Made by a program: the position numbers and the translations under genes
Shown here: positions 10,636-19,806 of the stretch, in pieces
Numbering within the stretch: the stretch's first letter is position 1
Layout of the letters: every line of letters begins with the position of its first letter
Notes under the pieces: generated by a model
Told to the model about the DNA's origin: nothing
The model's input: the letters and a program-made list of their open reading frames with translations, nothing else
Database searches by the model: none
NCBI GenBank assembly: GCA_029880265.1
Contig: JAOUOT010000010.1
Span: forward strand, 10,761 to 74,760
From: Spirochaetia bacterium
GTDB taxonomy: Bacteria > Spirochaetota > Leptospiria > Turneriellales > JAOUOS01
Direction of reading: 5' to 3'
DNA length: 64,000 nucleotides

Positions 10636-11727
10636 TTAATCTATACCTAATATCTGCTTGTTCCAATGAAGAGCGTACCTGTCGGTCATTCCGGCTATAA
10701 AATCTGCGACGACTCTGTAAAGACCGTCTGAATCAAGTCTTTCTTGATACTCGCCGGGCATTGCATGGGGCGATTTAACCAGAAAATTAAAAATTCTTTG
10801 AATAACTTCTTCGGCTCTTGAATTCATTTTTTCTACTTCGGGATGCCTGTACAGGTTTTTATGCAGATGTTTTTTTAATCGAGAGATTTTTATGGATGTA
10901 TCATAGGTAAAAGAACATAGTTTTTCGGTATCGCTTTTGAAATTTAAAACATCCTCCAGTTTTTTTATTTTATACTTTTGTATATTATCGAGCATGTTCT
11001 CAATTAAATCGGTAACCATTTTATTGATTAGCATTCGAATTGTCTGGCGAATAAGACTCTTTTCGCCGGCATTAATATGACTCTTTTTTGCTTCTGCCCA
11101 AACGTCGTTCCATATTTCAATTTCGTTTAGTTTGCTTAAATTTAAAATTCCCGATTCAATGCCGTCGTCTAAATCATGGTTATTATAGGCAATCTCGTCG
11201 CATATATCTACAATAGACGCCTCGAGAGTATGGTTTAACCCTTTGATTCTTTTATGTTTTTGAAGGCCCATGAGCGTCGCCTCTGTTAAGTTTAATCCGT
11301 CAAAATCGGGATATCTTTTTTCAAGAACCTCTACAACCCGCAGGGTCTGTTCGTTATGATCAAAACCCCCGTGAGGTTTCATCAGCCTGTGAAGACTTCT
11401 CTCTCCGGCGTGGCCAAACGGGGGATGTCCCAAATCGTGCGCAAGCGCGATTGTTTCGGTAAGATCTTCGTTTAATTTAAGCGATCGCGCCACGGTTCTG
11501 GCCAATTGCGAAACCTCGATAGAATGCGTCAGGCGCGTTCTAAAGTTATCTCCAAGATGATTTACAAAAACCTGCGTTTTATATTCTAAGCGCCGAAAGG
11601 CCTTTGAATGAACAATTCTGTCTCTATCGCGTTGAAAATCAGAACGATAGGGATGAGACTCTTCTTGGTACTTTCTTTTTGAAAAAGAATCTACAGAAAC
11701 GGCATATTCGGCATATTCTATCATCAT
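10636..11727 (-). CDS. dgt: Deoxyguanosinetriphosphate triphosphohydrolase (HD family)
   Basis: FQRDRDRIVHSKAFRRL..KTQVF, RTRLTHS, HDLGHPPFGHAGE, DFIAGMTD. Confidence 0.95.
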   Translation of the reverse strand: MMIEYAEYAVSVDSFSKRKYQEESHPYRSDFQRDRDRIVHSKAFRRLEYKTQVFVNHLGDNFRTRLTHSIEVSQLARTVARSLKLNEDLTETIALAHDLGHPPFGHAGERSLHRLMKPHGGFDHNEQTLRVVEVLEKRYPDFDGLNLTEATLMGLQKHKRIKGLNHTLEASIVDICDEIAYNNHDLDDGIESGILNLSKLNEIEIWNDVWAEAKKSHINAGEKSLIRQTIRMLINKMVTDLIENMLDNIQKYKIKKLEDVLNFKSDTEKLCSFTYDTSIKISRLKKHLHKNLYRHPEVEKMNSRAEEVIQRIFNFLVKSPHAMPGEYQERLDSDGLYRVVADFIAGMTDRYALHWNKQILGID

Positions 11728-11732
11728 CGGGT

Positions 11733-13238
11733 TTACTTATAGATTTTTCTAAAAATTAACCGCGTATAGCCCATTCTAATTTCGTCAAAATCGTTAATTT
11801 CTTTGGGTCTTAGAAGTTTCTTACCGTTTAAATATGTTCCCGTGTCTGAAATAAGATCATATAAAATAAATTTCATGTTTTTTTTCTTTATTTTTGCGTG
11901 TGCTGGCGATATCGCCGGGTCAAAAATAGGAATTGTATTGTGTGTACTTGAGCCTATTGTTGCTTCTTCTTTAACAAGCCCGTATTTTTTACCGACATTA
12001 GGGCCTTCTTTTTCAACTAGATAGGCAAACCTTAATACGGTAACTTTTTTAAGTTTTGGCGGCATGGGCGTTACGGCAACAGGTTTCGGCCTTGAAGAAT
12101 ACATCGGGGTCAGGTCAATTTTATCGGCGTAAGGTCTGGTTTCAATAAATTCGTCGGGAAGATATTCGTTATATTCGTCTTGATTTCTGGTATCTTCAAT
12201 GCCTTTTCCTAAATATTTTATAAAAAGAATTATTATAATAAGACCCAAAACGGCGACCGTATAATAGAGAAGTTTCTTGTTATTAATAAACTTTTCCCAT
12301 AATTCATGAGCGTAATTATCTTTTATGTAAAAACGAATTCTGTCAGAGGTCTCTGTTTCATTGTGTCTGAGAATAATCTTAAACTCTACTAAGTCTTGCG
12401 GCTTGGTCGTTTCTATCGCTCTGCTTTCATATTCAATAAGATATGTATTATTAACTAATTCTCCTATCAATAAATAGATTTTAGATAAATCGCTTAGTTC
12501 ATTGACAAAATACATTTGACCGCCGCTTAAACGCGTAAATCTGCTTAAATCTTTAATATATTCGCCTTTTGACGAGCTAATCGTATAAAGAACGATATTT
12601 TTCTTTTGTAATTCTTCGATAACGTCTTCAAGTCTCATGTTAGAGGGAGAACTTGCGCCATTTGTAAAAAAAATAACCGAATTCTGAGATTGATTATTTC
12701 GCGAAGCCGAATAAATAGTATCAAGAAACACGTCGTATAACATTGGTTTTTCGTCTGATTGCTCTATCTTTTTAAGGCTTTCTAAAAGAAAAATTTTATT
12801 TGTCGCGGGAGGGCTGATGTTAAAAAAATTTTTTCTAAAACCGGTTAACGATATTTTATTTTGAGGATGAGTTCTCATTATAAAGTCTTTAACCGATTCG
12901 ATTTGTTGTTCAAATTCTTTGGTTGAAATATCCGCAGAAGCGTTGATAACAATATTAATATATTTCGTAGGCGTGTAATCGCTTGACGATTTAACTTTAA
13001 AGTACCCTACCTTCCAGTCGTTTTCATATAAAGTGAAATTTGAATTATCAAGATTTAATAGAGGAGTTATTTGAGAAACCGAAACTTCAAGCTGAACTTT
13101 AGGAAATTCTCTTGTATCTACTCTGTGTATTTTTATTTTGCCTTCGGCTTTTTCTTTTTCTTCTTCTTTTTCTTCTAAAGTAGATATCTGTTGTATAAAG
13201 AATAGAAAAAATAATATGAAATATAAAATGCGTTTCAT
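11733..13238 (-). CDS. Single-pass protein with extracytoplasmic VWA-like domain and cytoplasmic FHA domain
   Basis: Signal peptide, VWA-like elements (NFTLYE, FFTNG, LSGGQMY), TM helix, then FHA motifs (ISPAHA, DLISDTGTYLNG, DEIRMG). Confidence 0.85.
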   Translation of the reverse strand: MKRILYFILFFLFFIQQISTLEEKEEEKEKAEGKIKIHRVDTREFPKVQLEVSVSQITPLLNLDNSNFTLYENDWKVGYFKVKSSSDYTPTKYINIVINASADISTKEFEQQIESVKDFIMRTHPQNKISLTGFRKNFFNISPPATNKIFLLESLKKIEQSDEKPMLYDVFLDTIYSASRNNQSQNSVIFFTNGASSPSNMRLEDVIEELQKKNIVLYTISSSKGEYIKDLSRFTRLSGGQMYFVNELSDLSKIYLLIGELVNNTYLIEYESRAIETTKPQDLVEFKIILRHNETETSDRIRFYIKDNYAHELWEKFINNKKLLYYTVAVLGLIIIILFIKYLGKGIEDTRNQDEYNEYLPDEFIETRPYADKIDLTPMYSSRPKPVAVTPMPPKLKKVTVLRFAYLVEKEGPNVGKKYGLVKEEATIGSSTHNTIPIFDPAISPAHAKIKKKNMKFILYDLISDTGTYLNGKKLLRPKEINDFDEIRMGYTRLIFRKIYK

Positions 13239-13338
13239 GAAGTAATTTTAGCCTTATTATCGGCCATTTTTTGAGCTCTCTCAAGCAAGTATTGCAGGTC
13301 ACATCGCGTATTAAGCGGTATATGCATTTGATTTATTG

Positions 13339-14205
13339 TCAATAGACTCGGTCAAAAATTCTTCCCCAGCGAACAAAAGCATCCCCTGCGTCATATTTAA
13401 AGATAATCTTAAACAAATTTATAAAAGGATTTTCGGGTTCTCTTTTTGTGATTTCTTTGCCCCAGTATACAGAAAAATAAATCATAAAAACTTTGCCTTG
13501 AATATTATCTAAATCGACATACCCCCATTTTCTTGAATCGCTTGAATTATCGCGGTTATCGCCCATGACCAGATATTTCTTGTTTGGAATTTTCCATATT
13601 TTTTTCGGGGTACGCATTTCGTCATTATAGCGAATTTCTTCTTCGGGCATTTTCAGCATATAATGTTCTACAAGCTCTTCTTTTGTATGCGGATCGATAA
13701 TTTTCTCTTTGAAAAGCCCCCCAATTGAGTCTTTTTGTTTTCGATACCTCGCGGGATATTCGTCTTCTTCTAATATAGATAGATCTTGCATCTTTTGAAC
13801 GGGATATTTGATTCCGTTGATATAAATTTCATCGTCTATAACTTTAACTGTATCGCCGGGAACTCCTACAACTCTTTTTACCAGAGTTTTGTCGCGTAAA
13901 TCGGGCTCATCGGGCGGTATAAAAGTTACAATGTCTCCCCGTTTAGGGTACGCTATTCGAAAAATTTCTATATCGGTAAAAGGAACTCGAAAAGAAAACC
14001 GCATTTTATTGACAAAAAGAAAATCTCCTACTTTTAACGTGGGCACCATTGAGCTTGTGGGTATATTGTTTGCGTCAATGATAGAGCTTTTTACCGCAAA
14101 AACGCCGATAAATAAAAAGGCGATAGATAGTATAAAGTGAACAAAAGAATTGTTTTCATAGAACACTTTTCTTTTTTCATGAAAATCGTAATATTTTTTT
14201 AGCAT
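13339..14205 (-). CDS. lepB: Signal peptidase I
   Basis: IPTSSMVPTL..GD, RGDIVTF, VKRVVGVPGD, MGDNRDNSSDSR.WG. Confidence 0.96.
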   Translation of the reverse strand: MLKKYYDFHEKRKVFYENNSFVHFILSIAFLFIGVFAVKSSIIDANNIPTSSMVPTLKVGDFLFVNKMRFSFRVPFTDIEIFRIAYPKRGDIVTFIPPDEPDLRDKTLVKRVVGVPGDTVKVIDDEIYINGIKYPVQKMQDLSILEEDEYPARYRKQKDSIGGLFKEKIIDPHTKEELVEHYMLKMPEEEIRYNDEMRTPKKIWKIPNKKYLVMGDNRDNSSDSRKWGYVDLDNIQGKVFMIYFSVYWGKEITKREPENPFINLFKIIFKYDAGDAFVRWGRIFDRVY

Positions 14206-14211
14206 AATCGG

Positions 14212-14703
14212 TTATTCTCTGGTTTCATCGGGAAGAGTTTTGATATGACAGGCTCTGCAGTTATTCAATATTATCATGTATGAATCTTGAATTTTATCCC
14301 AGTCAATCTGGCGCTTCTTTTGTAATTGATCGTTAAGATAGTTATACATTTTCGCCGACTCAAGATTTATAGAGGTTAAAAACTGCAGCAAACCCCGACC
14401 CCTTAGTTTTTCAATTACTCTTTTCATATTTTCTTGATATTTGGGCATTTGCAAGACTTTAATAGACGTTCCCAAAAAGAATATGCGTCTTGTCTCAAAA
14501 GCGTTTTGCATAGAAATCATCGAGGCTAAATTTCTTATATCAATATCCATATCAATCATTTCTCGTTTAATCGCCTTTTTTTCGTCAATAGTCAAAAGTA
14601 AATTTGAATTTGCGGCTTTTGCGCCATACCATATGGCCAAAATCAAAAAAGCAGACATCATGAAAAACAATTTAGAAAGAGAAAAATGCCGATATCTTTT
14701 CAT
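14212..14703 (-). CDS. Putative class II (helical, C-terminal haem) c-type cytochrome
   Basis: Signal peptide from ATG 14703 (MKRYRH...AKA), helical body, single C-terminal CRACH haem-binding motif. Confidence 0.7.
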   Translation of the reverse strand: MKRYRHFSLSKLFFMMSAFLILAIWYGAKAANSNLLLTIDEKKAIKREMIDMDIDIRNLASMISMQNAFETRRIFFLGTSIKVLQMPKYQENMKRVIEKLRGRGLLQFLTSINLESAKMYNYLNDQLQKKRQIDWDKIQDSYMIILNNCRACHIKTLPDETRE

Positions 14704-14825
14704 GCCAAATGAACAAAGATACAATCTTTTATGACATGTCAAGGCAACTAACTGCAAAACACAGGGCAAGAAATAAGTCTTCAGCAGGCTTGCGTTTAAT
14801 TGAAAAAAATAGGTAATTTTACCTA

Positions 14826-14853
14826 TTGACAAAAAGAATAAATAGGCTATAAG
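14826..14853 (+). promoter_or_regulatory. Putative sigma70 promoter for the hybrid kinase
   Basis: TTGACA-16 nt-TATAAG upstream of 14970. Confidence 0.4.
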
Positions 14854-14969
14854 TTATTGTTAATTTGAAAGAAACGAGCGATTTTCGAAACCATCTTATT
14901 ATAAATATTTTTTAATATGCAAAATGAATAAAGTGTTGGCATTTGTAACTTAATTTTGAAATTTTTAAT

Positions 14970-16982
14970 ATGCATTGTTCAAAGTCATACATAGCGATTG
15001 TTGAAGACGATAAGATTCAACGCGAAATCATTAAAAAGACCCTAAAGAAAGAGCATTTTCATTGTAAATTTAAAGAATATGAAACGCCCAGGAAGGCCCT
15101 TGGCGACATAAAAGCCGCTCCTGATGAATATTGCCTTATTCTCGTAGATTATCATCTGCCGCAAATGAACGGAATTTCTTTTACCAAAGAAATTAGAAAG
15201 AATAAAATAAGCGTTCCTGTAGTTTTTTTAACGGCCGAAGGCGACGAACATATTGCCGTAAAAGCATTAAAAGCCGGAGCGTACGATTATATTACAAAAA
15301 GCGATTACGCCAAGCATCCCGATATTTTATTGCATACAATACAAAAAACCCTGAAAGATTATCATGAATCAAATAGTAAAAGTTTTTTTGAAGACGCTTT
15401 TAAAGAAAGCGAAAAACGATATCAAAGGCTGGTTAGCCTTTCTCCTTTCGGAATTATTATTCATGATACAAAAAGAATATTATTTGCCAACCAGGCGGCC
15501 TCGTTTATTTTACAGGCAGAAACTGCAATCGATTTGATTAATAAAAAAATAATGCCATCTTTATCGCTTTTATCAAAAGATCTTATTCATAAATATATCA
15601 GCGGGTTATCTGAAAATCGAAAAGAACATCCTAAAAAAGAGTTAAGAATAAAAACATTTAAAAATAAAACGATTGATATAGAAGCGGGAGCGTCTATTGT
15701 AGAATATGAAGGGAGTGCCGCCATACAAACCGTTTTTCACGATATAACAGAACGAAAGAAATATGAAAGAGATTTAAGAAAAGCAAAGCAAGAAGCCGAG
15801 GCTGCCAGTTTGCTGAAATCTCGCTTTATTGCCAATCTAAGTCATGAAATAAGAACGCCTTTAAACGCAATACTTGGTTTAAGCCAATTGTTGGGCAATA
15901 TGATACAGGGTCAGGAAGAAAAAGAATATATTGGCACAATTAATGTCAGCGGAAAAATTCTTCTTAAAATGCTAAATGATATTTTAGATATATCAAAAAT
16001 GGAGTCAAAAAAAATAAGAATGACTTATTCTCCCGTAAATATTAGAAAGCTAATAAGTGAAATCAAGGCATTGTTTGAGCATTCTGTTAAGGTAAAGAAT
16101 CTTAAATTTGAAATCATAATATCAAAAACTTTGCCTGAAATTTGTATATCTGATGAACTAAGGTTAAAGCAGGTTCTCATAAATTTAGTCGGCAACGCGA
16201 TAAAATTTACGGAAGAAGGATATGTGAAAATTTCGGTTAAAGAACAGAACTCAAAGGCTGATAAAGACAGAAAAAATCTTGTATTTTCGGTAGAAGATTC
16301 CGGTATCGGAATACCAAAAAGTCAGCATGAAAAAATATTCCATGAATTTACCCAGCAAGATATGCAATGCGAGAGCTTTAGCGGCACAGGCTTGGGGCTT
16401 TCTATTACAAAGAGATTGGTAAAATTACTAAACGGCAGTATTTCTTTAAAGAGCGAAGCAAAAAAAGGAAGCCTTTTTACAGTCATTCTTAATGATATTA
16501 AATGTTTTAATAAATCTTTATTTAAGACAAGAAATGACGAAATTGAATCCAGAGAAATTCAAGTTTCTGATTTTCAAAAGGCTACTATTCTAATAACTGA
16601 CGACGTAGAAACAAATCGTATTCTTCTAAGAAAATATTTAGAATATCCGTCAATACAAATTTTAGAGGCTGTTAACGGGCTTGAAGCCGTAAATATCGCT
16701 AAAGAAAAGAAACCTGATTTAATACTTATGGATATTCGCATGCCCGTAATGAGCGGAGATAAAGCGATACAACTGATAAAAAAAGATAAAAGAATAAATT
16801 CTATACCTATCATTGTCGTAACGGCAAGCGCTTTAGACGAAGAAGAAAAAGCAATCAAAAAGATGAGCGACGGATATCTAAGAAAACCTGTCAGTAAAGA
16901 ACAATTGATCGGCGAAGTCTTAAAATATATAAAATCAAGTTCGCCTCAAAAGGCAAGAAAAACAGTAAATTTAACGCATTAA
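14970..16982 (+). CDS. Hybrid histidine kinase REC-PAS-HisKA-HATPase-REC
   Basis: N-terminal REC (VEDD, VDYHLP, DYITK), SHEIRTPLN, NLVGNAIKFT, DSGIGI, GTGLGL, C-terminal REC (DDVETN, MDIRMP, LRKP). Confidence 0.95.
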   Translation: MHCSKSYIAIVEDDKIQREIIKKTLKKEHFHCKFKEYETPRKALGDIKAAPDEYCLILVDYHLPQMNGISFTKEIRKNKISVPVVFLTAEGDEHIAVKALKAGAYDYITKSDYAKHPDILLHTIQKTLKDYHESNSKSFFEDAFKESEKRYQRLVSLSPFGIIIHDTKRILFANQAASFILQAETAIDLINKKIMPSLSLLSKDLIHKYISGLSENRKEHPKKELRIKTFKNKTIDIEAGASIVEYEGSAAIQTVFHDITERKKYERDLRKAKQEAEAASLLKSRFIANLSHEIRTPLNAILGLSQLLGNMIQGQEEKEYIGTINVSGKILLKMLNDILDISKMESKKIRMTYSPVNIRKLISEIKALFEHSVKVKNLKFEIIISKTLPEICISDELRLKQVLINLVGNAIKFTEEGYVKISVKEQNSKADKDRKNLVFSVEDSGIGIPKSQHEKIFHEFTQQDMQCESFSGTGLGLSITKRLVKLLNGSISLKSEAKKGSLFTVILNDIKCFNKSLFKTRNDEIESREIQVSDFQKATILITDDVETNRILLRKYLEYPSIQILEAVNGLEAVNIAKEKKPDLILMDIRMPVMSGDKAIQLIKKDKRINSIPIIVVTASALDEEEKAIKKMSDGYLRKPVSKEQLIGEVLKYIKSSSPQKARKTVNLTH

Positions 16983-17011
16983 TGTTTTTAGAACCGCAAA
17001 GATGAAATAAC

Positions 17012-17329
17012 TTACTTAAGATATTTATCTATAACCTCATGATCGTCTTGAGAAATTCCGGGAGGATAATCAAACCCTCCTTCGCAATAGGGATGACAAC
17101 GAAAAATTCTTTTTATTGTGTAATAAAAGGCCTTGTACATGGGCAGAAAGCAAAAGCAAAGATATGCGTATGAAGAACATGTCGGATAATAGCGGCATTG
17201 ATTTCCCACGTAGGGGCTTAGAACTTTTTTATACAATCGAATTAAAAGTAAAATAAAAGATCGAAAAATGCCCCAGCGTCTTTTTAGTTTATTTTCTTTT
17301 GTTTTTGTCAAAATTTTATTCTTTGGCAA
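17012..17329 (-). CDS. yidD: Membrane protein insertion efficiency factor
   Basis: LIRLYKKVLSP, CRYYPTCSSYA, RIFRCHPY..GGFD. Downstream of rnpA. Confidence 0.95.
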   Translation of the reverse strand: MPKNKILTKTKENKLKRRWGIFRSFILLLIRLYKKVLSPYVGNQCRYYPTCSSYAYLCFCFLPMYKAFYYTIKRIFRCHPYCEGGFDYPPGISQDDHEVIDKYLK

Positions 17330-17705
17330 AGATTTTCTTTTTTGAAAGAATTTGATTTATTAAAAAATCAAATTCTAAAACTCTTTTTTCAAAAGGCAGA
17401 TTTTCAAATTCAGGTCTTAGAATAACGGCTATCTGTAAACCGGTTTTTTCTAGATTATAATCTTCTTTGTCTTTTAGGGAGTTAAAAAGAGCGGCTTTTG
17501 CGACGCGCTTTAAGCGATTTCTCAGAACGCTTGATTTTATTTTCTTTGGAACGGCCCATAAAATATTCATGGCCGAAAAAGAAGGGCTTTCAGCCGTTAA
17601 AAATTTTGCATTTATATATTTACTCTTAACAGGTATTCCGTCATTAAATACCTGTTTTATGTTTTTTTTTAATTTAAGACTGGTAAACAGCTGTTTTTGT
17701 TTCAA
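17316..17705 (-). CDS. rnpA: Ribonuclease P protein component
   Basis: RNR motif (KKIKSSVLRNRLKR). Lies between rpmH and yidD. Confidence 0.9.
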   Translation of the reverse strand: MKQKQLFTSLKLKKNIKQVFNDGIPVKSKYINAKFLTAESPSFSAMNILWAVPKKIKSSVLRNRLKRVAKAALFNSLKDKEDYNLEKTGLQIAVILRPEFENLPFEKRVLEFDFLINQILSKKKIFAKE

Positions 17706-17707
17706 GA

Positions 17708-17875
17708 TTACTTTACAATATGAAACCGACGACGTTCGTCTGATACCGTAAGCTTTAACCGGCCTTTTTGACGTCTTCTTTTTAAAAGTCTTCTACCGGC
17801 TTTAGTCGCCATTTTGGCTCTAAACCCGAGTTTTCTGGTTCTTTTTATATTCGAAGGCTGAAAAGTTCTTTTCAT
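17708..17875 (-). CDS. rpmH: 50S ribosomal protein L34 (55 aa, absent from the ORF track)
   Basis: Manual translation: [55 protein letters not shown]. Confidence 0.97.
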   Translation of the reverse strand: MKRTFQPSNIKRTRKLGFRAKMATKAGRRLLKRRRQKGRLKLTVSDERRRFHIVK

Positions 17876-17897
17876 AGAATATCCATATTATGAATTC

Positions 17898-17912
17898 TTG
17901 ACAGGATGTCAA
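17898..17912. promoter_or_regulatory. Palindromic TTGACA-N3-TGTCAA (back-to-back -35 hexamers or operator) between divergent rpmH and aminotransferase
   Basis: ttgacaggatgtcaa within a 65-bp divergent spacer. Confidence 0.35.
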
Positions 17913-17940
17913 TGAATTTGCAGCTAACAATTCATCGTAT

Positions 17941-19068
17941 ATGAATCAATACCTTTCAAAATCCATTCATTTTTTAGATACCAGCGAAATTCGTAAAGTA
18001 TTTGATCTGGCTTCAAAAATTGAAAATCCGATTAATTTATCGATAGGGCAGCCCGATTTTCCCGTTCCTGAAAATATAAAAGAAGCGATTAAAAAGGCTT
18101 TAACCGATAATTTTACCTCTTACACTCCAACCCAGGGGCTATTGCAGCTTCGCGAAGCATTAAGCGTCCAGTGGAAAGAACGAGATAATATCGAGATACA
18201 TCCAGACGATATTATGATTTCAGCCGGGGTCGCTTCTTTATTATATCTGCTTTTTGACGTTTTTTTTGACGAAGGAGACACTATCTTGCTTGTAGATCCG
18301 TATTTTCTGATTTACGAGGCTTTGTCAAAATATCATCGTTTAAATATCGTATATATAAACGAAGATTTTACCGAAGACGATTTAGACGCTCTGTCTGAAA
18401 AAACAAAAACTTCAAGAATAAAAGCGGCTTTTTATTCGACGCCGTCAAACCCCAGCGGCAAAATATTGTCAAAAGAACAGCTTCAGGCCCTGGCGAACTT
18501 TTCGAGAAAAACCGGAACGCTTTTAATTTCAGATGAAATTTACAGAGATTTTGATTATGATAACAAGTTTACGTCTACCGCCTGCTTTTGCCCTGAAAAT
18601 ACCATTACCTTAGGGGGCTTTTCAAAATCGCACGCTATGACGGGGTTAAGAATCGGCTATATGGGAGTTCCCGAAAACTTAAGAGATATCTTAAAAAAAA
18701 CAGCGGCTCTTCAGCAGTACTCAATAGTATGCTCGCCACAGCCGATGCAATGGGGGGCCCTAGAGGCCGTCAAAACGTCTATGGCAAAAGAAATCGCTCT
18801 TATGAAAAAAAGAAGAGATATCGTCTCTGAAAGCCTGAATAATATAACGCCTTATTCGCAGCCCGACGGAGCTTTTTATCTGTTTGCTCAAACGCCGTTT
18901 GACGGTTCTGAATTTGTAAAGAGAGCCATTGAAAAAAAACTGCTTATTGTTCCCGGTTTTATATTCAGCCAAAATAAAAATACCGTTAGAATCAGTTACG
19001 CTCAAAAAGAAGATCTCTTAAGAGAAGGCTTAGCGATTTTTTCTGATCTTATAAAAAATGGAGCTTGA
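17941..19068 (+). CDS. PLP-dependent aminotransferase class I/II
   Basis: NLSIGQPDF, TPSNPSG, SDEIY, GFSKSHAMTGLRIGY, GAFYLF. Confidence 0.95.
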   Translation: MNQYLSKSIHFLDTSEIRKVFDLASKIENPINLSIGQPDFPVPENIKEAIKKALTDNFTSYTPTQGLLQLREALSVQWKERDNIEIHPDDIMISAGVASLLYLLFDVFFDEGDTILLVDPYFLIYEALSKYHRLNIVYINEDFTEDDLDALSEKTKTSRIKAAFYSTPSNPSGKILSKEQLQALANFSRKTGTLLISDEIYRDFDYDNKFTSTACFCPENTITLGGFSKSHAMTGLRIGYMGVPENLRDILKKTAALQQYSIVCSPQPMQWGALEAVKTSMAKEIALMKKRRDIVSESLNNITPYSQPDGAFYLFAQTPFDGSEFVKRAIEKKLLIVPGFIFSQNKNTVRISYAQKEDLLREGLAIFSDLIKNGA

Positions 19069-19669
19069 AGCAAAATTTGAACTTCTAAAAAAATCCGACT
19101 TCAAGCTTCCCGAAAAAATCGCTTTCTACGAAACTGGTTTCTTCGCATGGCCGCTTGAAATCGCGAATCTTCAAGAAAAATATCCGCCCGAAATATTTCT
19201 TGTGCAGCATGATATTTACCATGATGACGATAAAGCGGCCCTGAAGAATAACGATAGGGTTCTTAGAAACCGAAGAGAAACGCTTTTTACTTTCAATGAA
19301 AAAAATGAAGCGCAAAAAAAAACCCGAAATTTAATTACATATAAAGGCGGCCGGCAAAAATCGAAATATAAACTTAGAGAAGAAATTGAATTTGAGATAA
19401 ACCCTTTAATTTGGAATGTTTTCGATAATCTCGGCTTTCAAAAAACAATGAGCGTAAAAAAATTTCGATGGATAAGCCGCATTCAAAAAGAAATTGACGT
19501 AAGTCTTTGCTTTGATCTGGTCGAGAACCTGGGAGCTTATCTTGAAGTTGAAACCGCGCTGACAGAAGATACGGCAAACCATGAAGAAAAATTTACACGT
19601 TTCTTAAAAGAAGAAAATTTAACCCGGTATAAAATTGAAAAAGAACCTTATACCCGGTTATTATCATAA
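19058..19669 (+). CDS. CYTH domain protein (class IV adenylate cyclase-like)
   Basis: N-terminal ELEAK, QHDIY, LRNR, ITYKG, REEIEF, DLVENLGAYLEVE, C-terminal PYTRLL. Confidence 0.85.
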   Translation: MELEAKFELLKKSDFKLPEKIAFYETGFFAWPLEIANLQEKYPPEIFLVQHDIYHDDDKAALKNNDRVLRNRRETLFTFNEKNEAQKKTRNLITYKGGRQKSKYKLREEIEFEINPLIWNVFDNLGFQKTMSVKKFRWISRIQKEIDVSLCFDLVENLGAYLEVETALTEDTANHEEKFTRFLKEENLTRYKIEKEPYTRLLS

Positions 19670-19806
19670 CGTCTAAAGCAAAATTCTAACAGAAAATATA
19701 AACAACTTGACGCGATAACTATATATATCTTTTTTATGTCACATGCGCTAAAGATGTGTTTGAGATTTGCGGGTAATGTAGGGCGGCCTGTGATTAATTA
19801 AAGAAT

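Noticed and set aside
14704-14832. N-terminal extension of the cytochrome ORF to 14832
   Set aside because: Runs through the divergent promoter region; the signal peptide begins at ATG 14703.
17700-17940. Replication origin next to rpmH
   Set aside because: No dnaA/dnaN and no cluster of TTATCCACA boxes; the spacer is only 65 bp.
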